Assembly (NCBI GenBank): GCA_963714015.1
Contig: OY970223.1
Coordinates: 896,001 to 960,000, forward strand
From: Vulcanimicrobiota bacterium
Lineage (GTDB): Bacteria > Vulcanimicrobiota > Vulcanimicrobiia > Vulcanimicrobiales > Vulcanimicrobiaceae
DNA length: 64,000 nt
Reading direction: 5' to 3'
Made by a program: the position numbers and the translations under genes. Under the pieces are notes generated by a model that had not been told where the DNA came from, ran no database searches, and worked only from the letters and a program-made list of their open reading frames with translations. Positions within the stretch are counted from its first letter, which is position 1. The number at the start of each line of letters is the position of its first letter. Shown one piece after another: positions 1 through 9,960 of the stretch.

Positions 1-1244
1 CTGAGCGGTGCATGGCTGAACTTCTACATCGGGGCGCTTTCGATCCACTTCCTCATCGGCGTCGCCTTCCTCATCTTCGCACTGAATTTTCCCGAGGTGC
101 GATTACGCGCGCGCACGATTGCGCTGGAATGCGCGCTGCTCGGAGCGTACCTCGTCTTCGCGATCCCGGCACGTTTCGGCGTGTTCGAAATGTCTTCGTG
201 GCTCGAACAAGCGATCGCATGGGCACCGGTGCTTCCCGGAATCGCGATCATGATTTGGCGTCTGCGTCACGCGCCGGCACCGGAGCGGGCACGCCTGCGC
301 TGGGTCTTCGCCGGGTTCATCGTAGCCGCGCTGCCGGCGCTATGGTTCTCGGCGCTCGGACCGTTCATCGGCATCGTCCCGCCGCATTTCATCGCGGTGT
401 ACAACGTGGCAACGAGTGGAATCTCATCGCGCCCATCGCCGTAGCGTACGCCATCTGCAAGCATCGCCTCTTCGATCTGCGGTTCGTCGTGAACCGCGCC
501 GCCGTCTTTTCAGTCGTATCGTTAATCTTGATCGGCGCGTTCGTCTTGACCGAATGGCTGCTGACCGAATGGCTGCGCAACGCGAGCCACGCGACGAACG
601 TGATCGCCGGTGCGGCGGTTGCGCTCGCGCTGGGGTTTTCGATCCGCGCCGTGCACGCGCGCGTGGACCGCGCGGTCGACACGGTGCTCTTCCGCAAGCG
701 GCACGAGAACGAGCGCGCCCTGCTCCGGTTCGCGGAGGACGCGCCGTACGTCACCGATCGCGACACGCTCTTGCTGCGCACGATGCAGACGTTGCGGCGT
801 CACACCGACGCCGCCTCCGTAGATATCCTGATGGACGAGGGATACGGCCGCTACGGCGCTTTCGACGAAAACGACGCCGCTTTCGTCCGTATGCGCGCTA
901 CGCATTGCGCCGTCGATCTTCACCGCGTCGAGACTGTGCTCTGCGGAGAGATTGCGTTCCCGCTGATTGCGCGCGCGTCGCTGCTGGGCGCGATCGTGCT
1001 CGGACCGCGGCAATCCGGAGAAACGTATGCTCCGGATGAAACCGCCGCCGTCACGCGCATCGCGCAGAGCGTCGCATCAGCGCTGGCGGCGGGGCTAAAA
1101 ACGGACCCCGCGCACGACGCCGTGCTCGAAGGCATTCGTGGGCTGCAAGAGTCGTTCGAATCGCTTCGTGTAAGCATATCGACGCTTGCGCCCATCGAAC
1201 TGCCTGAGGCGCTCGCCACGCGCGCTATGACACGGGGGCAATAA
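1..1244 (+). CDS. Multi-pass membrane protein with C-terminal GAF-like domain; 5'-partial, frameshift near 415
   Basis: Frame from base 1 gives hydrophobic helices (LSGAWLNFYIG...RLRWVFAGF) that continue after a 1-nt shift in the 12..1244 frame (AYAICKHRLFDLRFVVNRAAVF; FPLIARASLLGAIVLGPRQSGETY). Confidence 0.7.
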   Translation, partial: ERCMAELLHRGAFDPLPHRRRLPHLRTEFSRGAITRAHDCAGMRAARSVPRLRDPGTFRRVRNVFVARTSDRMGTGASRNRDHDLASASRAGTGAGTPALGLRRVHRSRAAGAMVLGARTVHRHRPAAFHRGVQRGNEWNLIAPIAVAYAICKHRLFDLRFVVNRAAVFSVVSLILIGAFVLTEWLLTEWLRNASHATNVIAGAAVALALGFSIRAVHARVDRAVDTVLFRKRHENERALLRFAEDAPYVTDRDTLLLRTMQTLRRHTDAASVDILMDEGYGRYGAFDENDAAFVRMRATHCAVDLHRVETVLCGEIAFPLIARASLLGAIVLGPRQSGETYAPDETAAVTRIAQSVASALAAGLKTDPAHDAVLEGIRGLQESFESLRVSISTLAPIELPEALATRAMTRGQ

Positions 1245-2085
1245 CCCGCGCAATTCCCGTATAGACGTTGCAGCGACCGCCGCGCACGAAACCGGCGAGC
1301 GTGAGTCCGAATGCTTGGGCGAGCGAGACGGCAAGACTGCTCGGTGCGGAAACAGCGGCAAGGATGGGAATTCGGGCAACGATGCATTTTTGCACCAATT
1401 CGTAACTCGCCCGGCCGCTGACCAGTGCTATGCATCCGTGAAGCGGAATGCGCTCGTTCAGCAATGCCCAGCCGACGATTTTGTCGACGGCATTATGGCG
1501 CCCGACGTCCTCGCGCAGGGCGAGGAGCTTGCCGTTGCCGTTGAAGAGCGCCGCAGCGTGAAGCCCGCCGGTTTGCGCAAAAACACGCTGAGCCTCGCGC
1601 ATTTTTTCAGGAAGCGAGGCGATGAACGAGCCGGTGACGTGCGCGTCGTCGTCGATTGGTTCGGCGCGCGTTGCGAGTGCGTCGATGCTTGCCTTTCCGC
1701 AGACGCCGCAGGCGCTGTTCACTGTAAAGTGGCGCTCGAGACGTTCCAGCTCCGGCATCTCGCGCAATTCAACCTCGACGTTGACGACGTTGTAGCGCTG
1801 TTCTTCGTCCAGTGCGCGATCCACGCAATACGAAATGCTCGAAATCTGGTTACGGCGGCTGACGATGCCTTCGCTGAACAGAAAACCTGCGGCGAGCTCA
1901 AAGTCGTTGCCCGGCGTGCGCATCGTCACGGCGAGCGAACGCGTTTGGCCGCCGGCTATGAGTCGAATTTCGAGTGGTTCTTCGGTGGCGAGTTCGTCAA
2001 CGGTCTCACGCGACTGCGCGCCCTCGATCGTCAGAATGCGAGCCGGCGTGGTCAGGCCGGGACGCTGGTATTCTTGGTCTATCAT
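1225..2085 (-). CDS. fdhD: Formate dehydrogenase accessory sulfurtransferase FdhD
   Basis: EEPLEI, TMRTPG, SACGVCG, TGGLHAA, REDVGRHNAVDK, SAPSSLA motifs. Confidence 0.95.
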   Translation of the reverse strand: MIDQEYQRPGLTTPARILTIEGAQSRETVDELATEEPLEIRLIAGGQTRSLAVTMRTPGNDFELAAGFLFSEGIVSRRNQISSISYCVDRALDEEQRYNVVNVEVELREMPELERLERHFTVNSACGVCGKASIDALATRAEPIDDDAHVTGSFIASLPEKMREAQRVFAQTGGLHAAALFNGNGKLLALREDVGRHNAVDKIVGWALLNERIPLHGCIALVSGRASYELVQKCIVARIPILAAVSAPSSLAVSLAQAFGLTLAGFVRGGRCNVYTGIARVIAPVS

Positions 2086-2117
2086 TCCGCTTGCGAACGC
2101 CTCTTTAGGGATTGCGC

Positions 2118-2291
2118 CTATTGTAGCGGTTCCAGCGTGCTTGCCGCTAGCGTCAATAGCAAAATCGCAAGGTACAGCAACGGAGTTACGCCCGGCCTGC
2201 CGTGAAGGAGCGCCGCTGCCGCCGCGGCGAGCGCCACGCCTACCGGCGTCAAACGCGAATTTCCCGTGACGAATTTGTAGATCTGCTTCAC
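2118..2291 (-). CDS. Small membrane protein, 57 aa
   Basis: GTG overlaps the upstream stop (GTGA); two hydrophobic segments (PVGVALAAAAAALL; LLYLAILLLTLAAS). Confidence 0.6.
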   Translation of the reverse strand: MKQIYKFVTGNSRLTPVGVALAAAAAALLHGRPGVTPLLYLAILLLTLAASTLEPLQ

Positions 2292-3004
2292 GCCCGCGCC
2301 GGCTTTCGCAGCAGAGGTATCAGCAGAAATGCCGCAATCGCGTAAGCTCCGACAATCCAAACCAGCGCCGAATCACCGCTCCACCAGGTCAGCCCCAAGC
2401 CTTCGCCGCTCCAAAACGTGCCGAACGAACACAGCATCACGCCGACCACGAAACCCATGGCATTCTCGGGAATCTTGGAGAGCGGCCGGCGCAACACGGC
2501 CGCTGCGCCTGCAACCAGCAAACCCGCTGCCAGCGCCCCGCCGGACGCCCATAGAAACGCGCCCTTTTTCTCCGCCGCAAACGTGACGACGATTACGGCA
2601 ACCTCCAAGCCTTCGAGCAGCACGCCGTTGAAGGCCGTCGCGAATGCATAGCGGCGCTCGTGATGCGCTTGCAGCGCCGCGAGTTCCTTATCGTAAGCGG
2701 AGACCTCGTTTCGCAACGCCTTGCGGCCCGCATAGCGCCAAATCGCCTTACGCAGCCACGAATAACCGAACAGCAGCAAAAAGATACCGATGACGGTCTG
2801 CAAAATCGCGATCGGCACGAACGTTACGAGCGCCGGTCCGAAGATCGCGCATATTGCGATCAGCGCTGCAATGGCCCAGCCGGCGGCAGCGAGCGCCGTG
2901 CGCCAGCCGGCGCTGTACGCGACGGCCAGCACGATAGTCGCCGCTTCCACGAACTCGAGCGACGAGGCCGTGAACGTCGTAAAAGCGGCGACCCAAGGCG
3001 TCAT
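2288..3004 (-). CDS. COG4280-type membrane protein
   Basis: Repeated ExxEA motifs (SLEFVEAATIV; VLLEGLEVAVIV) and LLLFGYSWLRKAI. Confidence 0.8.
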   Translation of the reverse strand: MTPWVAAFTTFTASSLEFVEAATIVLAVAYSAGWRTALAAAGWAIAALIAICAIFGPALVTFVPIAILQTVIGIFLLLFGYSWLRKAIWRYAGRKALRNEVSAYDKELAALQAHHERRYAFATAFNGVLLEGLEVAVIVVTFAAEKKGAFLWASGGALAAGLLVAGAAAVLRRPLSKIPENAMGFVVGVMLCSFGTFWSGEGLGLTWWSGDSALVWIVGAYAIAAFLLIPLLRKPARA

Positions 3005-5266
3005 CGAGTGCGCGCGGCGTGCGCCAGAATGTCGTCGAGTACGCGCGGATCGACGGCGTCCGGCCGGCTGAAGTTCATTTTCGCGCTTATCGCCGAGCCG
3101 TACGCGGTTTTTTTATTGAATTCGTCGACGGAGACTTCGGGCTTTAGGGCGGTGAACGGCGCTGAATTAGCGGCGCGCATCGCAAAGGCCGAATATAACG
3201 GCTGCGCCGTTTCGTCGTAGATAGAAAGCGGCTGCAAGCCCAGCAGAATCTCGATGGTATGCACGAATCCGGCTGTTGAGTAATGACCGTGCTGGATGCC
3301 GCCTTTTGCATACGGGGATGCAATATAGAAGGTCGATCGCTGATCGCTGACGTGGTCGGGCCCGTCCTGCGCGTCATCTTCCAACACGAAGATTGCCGTC
3401 GACTTCCAGTACTTCGAGTGCGACACGGTGTCGACGAGCCGTCCGACGGCCCAATCATTCATCGCGACGTAGGCCTGCGGCGTTCGCATATTCGGCGCGG
3501 TTCCGGCCGTGTGATCGTTCGGAAAATAGACGATCTCCAGCTGCGGCAGGTTGCTCCGCGCAACGAAGGCTTGAAACTCGCGTTCCCACTCGGCGTAGCG
3601 CGCGGTGTCCATGTACGAGAGATCCCACCCGATGTAGCGCGGGTCGAAGTGCGCGGTTAGGCCGGGAAACGTGTTGAGAACCGTCTTCATCGCCGAGTTG
3701 CCGGCTTCGTCCACGTCTTCGCCATAGTCGCGATAGGTAACGTGTGCGCGTTTGGCGGCATCCCATAGATACCCGTTGTGCGGGACGTCCGGCGCGTTGC
3801 CTTGCTGGAAGTCGTACAGCTCGCGGCGGCCGCCGTAATTCGGCGGCCAAAAACGCTCGACATAATCGTTTGCAAAGGCTGCGTCCGTCCAATTGTGCCC
3901 GTTTGCGCTGACTTGCGCGTCGACGTACGCGTTGTCGAAAATGCCGAAGCGTTTGGAGAGCGCATGCTGGTTCGGCGTAACGCGCGAACCGTAGATCGTC
4001 AAGCTCTGCATCGCCGTCGGCACCGGGAATATCGCCCAGAACTTGATCGTACGAACGATTTTCTTTGATGACGTAGATGACGTGTTTGATTGGACCGTTC
4101 GCACGAAGAACCGTCTGCCCGGGCGCGTTCCATTGCGGCGCGGCGTCCGCGACGACGGCCTGGGTTTCCGTCGTCCCGTCGCGATACTCAGCCGGCGGGA
4201 TCTTGCGCAGCGATCCGACGGTGAGCAGACCCACGTATCCCGCATCGCCGCGGCGCGGATTGAACTGAGGATTCGCCGGAGCGCGTTCGCCGCGGCCGTT
4301 GCTTACGAACAGCGTTCCATCGGATGCTACGGCGACCCCGGTCGGATACCACCCGGCGGGTATGCGTTCGGCCAATGCTCCATCGCGAATCACGCCGACG
4401 GCATTCTCCGCGCCGAGGCTGACGAAGATTGTTCCGCCCGCAACGAACAGCGCATTCGGCGAAGCTCCGTACCCCGCCGTTCGGGGCGCTTCCAACTTGA
4501 CCGAAACGCCGGAAGTGCGCTCGTTCGCATGCAGATCCACAATTCCGACGCTGTCGTTATCGCTTTCGGCCACATAGAGCCGACTTCCATCACCCGAGAG
4601 CGCCAGTGCCGACGGATCCAGACCGACGGGAATGCTTGCCGTTATCACATGCGATGCAACATCGATCACCGCGACCTCGCTCGGCTGACGCACCGCTGCA
4701 TAGAGCGTCTTGCCGTCCGGAGAAAAGACGAGATCGGACGGATGAGCGCCGACGTGCACGTTCACCGGGGCCGCCGTTCCGTTCAGCGATGCGAATATCA
4801 CCGAACCGGCGTCGTCGCAGAGCGCAAAACCGGTTTTGTCCGGCGCGAGGGCGACCGCAACGGGCAGTGCGGTCGAACCGGCAGCGATTTGCCGAATCGT
4901 CGAATTTGCAATGTCGACGTCGAGCAGCGCGTGCGTGCTCGCTCCGGCGACCAGCACGTGGCTTGCATCGAGCCAGACGGGCTTTCCGAACGCATCTTTG
5001 AGCCGAATCTTTGCGCGTTCACCGAGATTCGACGTATCGAAGACGTGCAGCGCCGGCGGCGCAACGCCCGATTCTACTAGAGCAACGGCTCCCTCGTCCG
5101 GCGAGAGCGCGATGCCCTGCGGCATCGTTCCGGTTACGGTTTCCGGTCCTTGCGGCGCCGCAAGTCTCCAGCCGCCGGGAAGCATTACCGTTCCCGGCTC
5201 TTGCGCGAAAACTGCGCCGAGAAGCGCGATGCCGAGCGCGATACCGGCGAACAAAGGTCGCAACAT
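3001..5266 (-). CDS. Secreted YncE-like beta-propeller plus phosphoesterase/alkaline-phosphatase-family protein; frameshift near 3995
   Basis: Signal peptide, YVTN-like repeats and IKHVIYVIKENRSYD in 3455..5266; continues in the 3001..4245 frame (TPNQHAL, FPNDHT, EDDAQDGPDHV). Confidence 0.85.
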
Positions 5267-5367
5267 GCCGCCCCGTTCTACCGGAAGCGCTGCAACCCCG
5301 CCGCGGAACCTCCGGCTAGGACTTTTGGTCCGAAGGAGGCCACCGCGATCCCCGGAATCGGGCCTTC

Positions 5368-6312
5368 GTGGAACTCGGCGAGATTAACGTTTACTCCAAC
5401 AACGGCTTTCACCGGTACGAAGACGCCAAAGTCGGCCTTCTGACGCACGGTTTGCAATACGGAACCGGCTGCTTTGAAGGGATCCGCGGCTATTGGTCCG
5501 CGCAAGAAAACGAACTCTATTTAGTGCAGCTGCGCGAACACTACGAGCGTCTGGCGATCTCCGCCAAAATTCTGATGATGGAGTTGCCACATTCGACGGA
5601 CGAATTGATCCGGATTACCGCCGATCTCTGCGCCCGGAATCGTTTTGAAACGGATATTTACATCCGGCCGTGCATCTTCAAAGCGGCCGAAGACATCGGC
5701 GTAAGATTACACGGCGTGCCGGATCATTTCGCAATCGTTCCCCTCCCGTTCACGCGTTACATCGACGCGAGCGGAGGATTGAAAGCCGGCATCAGTTCGT
5801 GGCGGCGCGCAGACGATTCCGCGGCTCCTCCTCGCGCAAAGATCACGGGTCTGTACGTCAACAGCGCGCTCGCGAAGAGCGAAGCAATCGCGAACGGCTT
5901 TGACGAGGCGATCATGCTCTCGCACGACGGCCACGTCGCCGAAGGTTCGGCCGAGAACATCTTCCTCGTCAAACGCGGCGTTCTCTATACGCCGGACCCC
6001 TCCCAAAACGTGCTGGAAGGCTGCACGCGCCGCTCGATCATGGAGATCGCGCGTAACGAATTGAATATCGAGATCGTCGAGCGTTCGATCGACCGCAGCG
6101 AGCTCTACGGCGCGGAAGAATTATTCTTCACCGGGACCGCTGCAGGCGTCATCTACATTCAATCGGTCGACCGGAGAATTGTCGGCGACGGCAAGATCGG
6201 CCCGATCACGAAGCGGCTCTGCGAGTTCTACGACGGCGCCGTGCGCGGCAAAGAGCCGAAGTACTCGAACTGGCTCAGCAAAGTCTACGCAGGCCGCGCC
6301 GTCCGCTCTTAA
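5368..6312 (+). CDS. ilvE: Branched-chain amino acid aminotransferase
   Basis: HGLQYGTGCFEGIR, AKITGLYVNS (PLP lysine), EGSAENIF, LEGCTR, FFTGTAA. Confidence 0.93.
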   Translation: MELGEINVYSNNGFHRYEDAKVGLLTHGLQYGTGCFEGIRGYWSAQENELYLVQLREHYERLAISAKILMMELPHSTDELIRITADLCARNRFETDIYIRPCIFKAAEDIGVRLHGVPDHFAIVPLPFTRYIDASGGLKAGISSWRRADDSAAPPRAKITGLYVNSALAKSEAIANGFDEAIMLSHDGHVAEGSAENIFLVKRGVLYTPDPSQNVLEGCTRRSIMEIARNELNIEIVERSIDRSELYGAEELFFTGTAAGVIYIQSVDRRIVGDGKIGPITKRLCEFYDGAVRGKEPKYSNWLSKVYAGRAVRS

Positions 6313-6322
6313 GCAAGCCGCA

Positions 6323-6754
6323 CTAGCACTCACGGCCGGAGATTCTAAACGGGTCCGACTTGAGTGTTGTTCCGTAAAACCATACGGCGCCGTGAACCGG
6401 TAGCCCAAACGCCATGCGCTCGAAGAGTCTTCCACAGCGCTCATGGAAACTCGACACCAGCAGGATAGAAGATGCACCCAAATCCTGTCGATGGGCCTGT
6501 TGCGGCGGATATATCGAGGATTCTTGCATTTGCAGCGGGCCTGCGATGGCGGTTAGCCTGTGTCGGAAATCGAAGTCCCGGGCACCCAAATGATCGAGAA
6601 CCGAATTTATTTCGGACGCGCGATCCCTATTGCAGAATCCTTGTCTGAGACCTTGGACCGTCCTGACGGAGGCGCCGGGCCAAAACGCGCGCGAGTGCTC
6701 TCGGGCGCAGGACGCCAAAATAAACGCAAACGCTAGCGTTCGGAGAGCGGACAC
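6323..6754 (-). CDS. Putative lipoprotein, hypothetical
   Basis: 143-aa ORF filling a 610-bp gap between convergent genes; N-terminus MSALRTLAFAFILASC resembles a lipobox. Confidence 0.45.
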   Translation of the reverse strand: MSALRTLAFAFILASCAREHSRAFWPGASVRTVQGLRQGFCNRDRASEINSVLDHLGARDFDFRHRLTAIAGPLQMQESSIYPPQQAHRQDLGASSILLVSSFHERCGRLFERMAFGLPVHGAVWFYGTTLKSDPFRISGREC

Positions 6755-6922
6755 GACAACACGCGCAAAAAGTGTGTCGCCGGCGTCGATTCGATCACGT
6801 CACGATCACATGTGTCGAAACGGCCGAAGTATTCTGCGATACACCCCTCCGGCGAATCTAGGCGGGCGATGCCGGACGCGGCCGGAAACGTTTTCGGCCG
6901 ACGAAATCAAATAGCGAAGCTG

Positions 6923-7963
6923 CTACTGTGGCGGCGCTGAGGTAGGCGCGGTTGTCGGCGCCGGTGAGGCCGCGTTCCACATGGGGACGTCCGGAATAAC
7001 CTGCGGCGTTTGATTTTGCGCATCAACTTGCGGCGCCGGCGTTGCAGCCGCAATGGGCGGAAGCGCCTGATCGTCCAAGCCGTTTTCGGCACGCCAGTGC
7101 GCGAACTGCTCCATGCGATTGTACGCGACTCGGGAGATGCGGCGGATGAACGATCGTCCGGAGTCGAGCGAGGAAAGATCGGTCGTCATCACCGCGATCA
7201 CGTAGGGTTCGGCGGCGTAGACGATCCCGACGTCATTGAGTGTGTCGTCGAACGAACCGGTCTTGTGAGCGATCGGAATGTCCGGAAGCGAGGCCGGCAA
7301 CAGCGTGTTGATCTGCTGATGCTCCAAAATCTGAATCATCTCGCGTGAGGACCACTCGTCGATCAGGTTTTTCTTCGCCATGTCGCTGAGCAGCCGCACC
7401 ATGTCGGCCGGCGTGGTGCGCAAGTCGGTCCGAACGCTGTAGTCTTCCGTTCGAATGTAGTCCGCCAGATGCGTGTGGTGCAATCCCAAGTCGGCCATCT
7501 CCGCGTTGATACTGCGGCGGCCGACCAGACGAATGAGCATGTTTGCGGCGGTGTTGTCGCTGACGGTGATCATCTGCGTGAGCAGCGTCGAGACCGGAAA
7601 CGTCGATCCGACCGGCGCGTCGCAGATGTCGCCGGATCCCCAATCGCGGTCGTTCGGAAGCAGCTCGACGCGGCGGTTGAAATCGAACGCACCCGCCTTC
7701 ATCTCCTTGAAGACCTCGACCATGATCGGCACTTTGATCGTGGAGGCCGCGGGCATCACTTGATTCATGTTGTAGCCGGAGGTGTAGCCCGTGGCAAGAT
7801 CGCGCACTGCAAACGCTGCGACGCCCGGAGCATCGGCTCCGAAACTTCGAAGCGTCTGCTGCATGTTCAACAGGGGTTTGGGGACGGCGGCACGCGCATC
7901 AGCGTGCGTTGCAATTGCTAACGCAAAAAAGAGAGTAGCGACAAGTGCAGAGAAGGGCCGCAT
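6923..7963 (-). CDS. Class A beta-lactamase-like serine hydrolase
   Basis: Signal peptide, SxxK (ASTIK), SDN, HKTG; Pro/Ala/Thr-rich tail. Confidence 0.88.
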   Translation of the reverse strand: MRPFSALVATLFFALAIATHADARAAVPKPLLNMQQTLRSFGADAPGVAAFAVRDLATGYTSGYNMNQVMPAASTIKVPIMVEVFKEMKAGAFDFNRRVELLPNDRDWGSGDICDAPVGSTFPVSTLLTQMITVSDNTAANMLIRLVGRRSINAEMADLGLHHTHLADYIRTEDYSVRTDLRTTPADMVRLLSDMAKKNLIDEWSSREMIQILEHQQINTLLPASLPDIPIAHKTGSFDDTLNDVGIVYAAEPYVIAVMTTDLSSLDSGRSFIRRISRVAYNRMEQFAHWRAENGLDDQALPPIAAATPAPQVDAQNQTPQVIPDVPMWNAASPAPTTAPTSAPPQ

Positions 7964-8062
7964 ACGTCAGTTGTCGGCAGGTTCTTTGTAAAGAGTTACG
8001 CTCCCCCCTCGCGGCATTGCCCGAAGTTTTCATTGACCGAAGCTTGCTTGCCCCTCGGTGTC

Positions 8063-8935
8063 CTAATATGGTACGCCGTCCGCCGCCGGTGCGCGCACTT
8101 TGCCGACCAGCCCCGCAATTGCAATCAGTGCGGCAACGTACGGAAGCGCCTGCATCGCGTCGCTGGGAAGAAACGCAACGCGGCCTTGGAGCACGTACTG
8201 AAGCGCTTCAAAGAAACCGAAAAATACCGCCGCGCCGGTAGCGCCCCACGGCGTCCATCGCCCGAAGATCACGGCGGCCAGCGCGATGAATCCGCGACCG
8301 GCGGTCATACCGTCGGAGTACAAGTTTACCTCGCCGACGGAGAGAAAGGCACCGCCGAGGCCCGCCAGCGCGCCGCTCGCAATAACAGCGTACACGCGCA
8401 GCCGCAGCGGATCGAGGCCGGCGTCCTGTACCGCGCGCGGATTCTCGCCGCAGGCGCGCACATGCAAACCCCACGGGGTGCGAGTCAGCCAAAAATGGAG
8501 CAGCGCCGCCGCCGCGAACGCCGCGCCAATCAGAATCCAGTATCCGTGCCCGAGCGCGTTGACCTGCGGGCTTGCGCCGGGTTGATTGAAGATCAGCGTC
8601 AAACCGAATGCGGCGCCTCCGGCGGCGACGAGGTTGATGCCGGTTCCCGCGACGATCTGGTCCACTTTGAAGTACGCGGCCGCCGCACCTAAAATGAAGC
8701 CGAAGATACCCCCCGCGGCGATGCCGGAAAGTAAGCCGATCACGGGACTCCCCGTCGCACCCGAAATGACCACAGCGCTGAAAGCGCCGGCGGCCATCAT
8801 GCCCTCGAGACCGATATTCACGATCCCTGAACGCTCCGAAATAACGCCGCCCAGCGCCGCATAAATGATCGGCGTGGCCTTGATGAGCGTCAGCGTGACC
8901 AGCGTAACCAGCAGGGCGATGCCGGGCGAGTTCAT
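8063..8935 (-). CDS. ABC transporter permease, BMP/nucleoside type
   Basis: Start at MNSPGIALL; ERSGIVNIGLEG, GRGFIALAAVIFGRW. Confidence 0.9.
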   Translation of the reverse strand: MNSPGIALLVTLVTLTLIKATPIIYAALGGVISERSGIVNIGLEGMMAAGAFSAVVISGATGSPVIGLLSGIAAGGIFGFILGAAAAYFKVDQIVAGTGINLVAAGGAAFGLTLIFNQPGASPQVNALGHGYWILIGAAFAAAALLHFWLTRTPWGLHVRACGENPRAVQDAGLDPLRLRVYAVIASGALAGLGGAFLSVGEVNLYSDGMTAGRGFIALAAVIFGRWTPWGATGAAVFFGFFEALQYVLQGRVAFLPSDAMQALPYVAALIAIAGLVGKVRAPAADGVPY

Positions 8936-9960
8936 ACGGGAGCCGCCGCCGCGCGCGTTGCGACGTATCGCCGCGCCGCAAGCACCAAAATGATGAGGCC
9001 TTCGATCACATGGATCGCGTCTTTGGGAACGTCGGCGAGCGCTTGCATCGCAAGACCACCGGCCTCGAGAATGCCGAACCCGAACGCGGCGACGCAAATC
9101 CACAACGGGTTGAGATCGCCGACCAGCGCCACGGCGATAGCGGTGTAACCATAACCGGGAGAGAGCTGCGTGTTGAAACGATGCAGCACGCCCGTAACGA
9201 TCGTCGCGCCTCCGACGCCGGCAATTGCGCCGGAGAGCGCCAGCGCAAGCCATGTCATGCGCGGCATGTTGACGCCGCTGCGCCGCGCCGCCTCGGGCGC
9301 CTCCCCGGACGCGCGCAAGTCGTAGCCGAAAACCGTGCGCCTGAAGATCCACTGCAGCACGATCGCAGCCAGCACCGCGATTACGAGCGCAATCGAAAGT
9401 CGCGTCCCGGGAATCAATGCCGGAAGCCAAGACCCGGGGCCCAGCGGCGCCGTCTCGGCGCCGGACGTTTGCGATGCGCGCAGCGGTCCGGAGACTAGAT
9501 AGTTTGCAACGGAAAGTGCGACGAAGTTCAACATCAGCGTGCTGATGATCTCGTTTGCATGAAAGCGCGCCCGCAGCCAGCCGGCCAGGCCGCCCCACGC
9601 ACCGCCGCCGAGAAAACCCGCTGCAAGCAAGAGCGGCGCTGCAACGATCTGCGGGACCGAAAGATGTGCGCCCAGCGCGCCGGCCAGCATACCGCCCATG
9701 AGCAGCTGTCCCTCGGCGCCGATGTTGAACAGCCCGGCGCGAAACGCAACCGCGATGCCGAGCGCGGGGAAAAGCAGCGCCGTCGTTTGCACGAGAGTTT
9801 CAGCGATTTGATTGCGGCCGCCGAGCGACCCGACGAAGAGCGCCCAAAAACCGTCCACCGGACTGACGCCTGCGATCAGCATCGCGCACGCAGCGAGCGC
9901 GAACGCGAGAACGATTGCGCCGAGCGGGCCGCCCAGGTAGTTTCTGCGCCGGGCGTTCAC
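8932..9960 (-). CDS. ABC transporter permease, BMP/nucleoside type
   Basis: GLFNIGAEGQ, NEIISTLMLNF, GYGYTAIAVAL. Confidence 0.9.
   Translation of the reverse strand: MNARRRNYLGGPLGAIVLAFALAACAMLIAGVSPVDGFWALFVGSLGGRNQIAETLVQTTALLFPALGIAVAFRAGLFNIGAEGQLLMGGMLAGALGAHLSVPQIVAAPLLLAAGFLGGGAWGGLAGWLRARFHANEIISTLMLNFVALSVANYLVSGPLRASQTSGAETAPLGPGSWLPALIPGTRLSIALVIAVLAAIVLQWIFRRTVFGYDLRASGEAPEAARRSGVNMPRMTWLALALSGAIAGVGGATIVTGVLHRFNTQLSPGYGYTAIAVALVGDLNPLWICVAAFGFGILEAGGLAMQALADVPKDAIHVIEGLIILVLAARRYVATRAAAAPV

Noticed and set aside
6323..6348. CIRCE-like sequence CTAGCACTC...GAGATTCTAA
   Set aside because: Right half-site and spacing deviate from TTAGCACTC-N9-GAGTGCTAA, and it lies downstream of ilvE with no chaperone gene.
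6923..7963. True beta-lactam resistance gene
   Set aside because: SxxK/SDN/KTG motifs are shared with many non-resistance serine hydrolases, and there is no mobile context.
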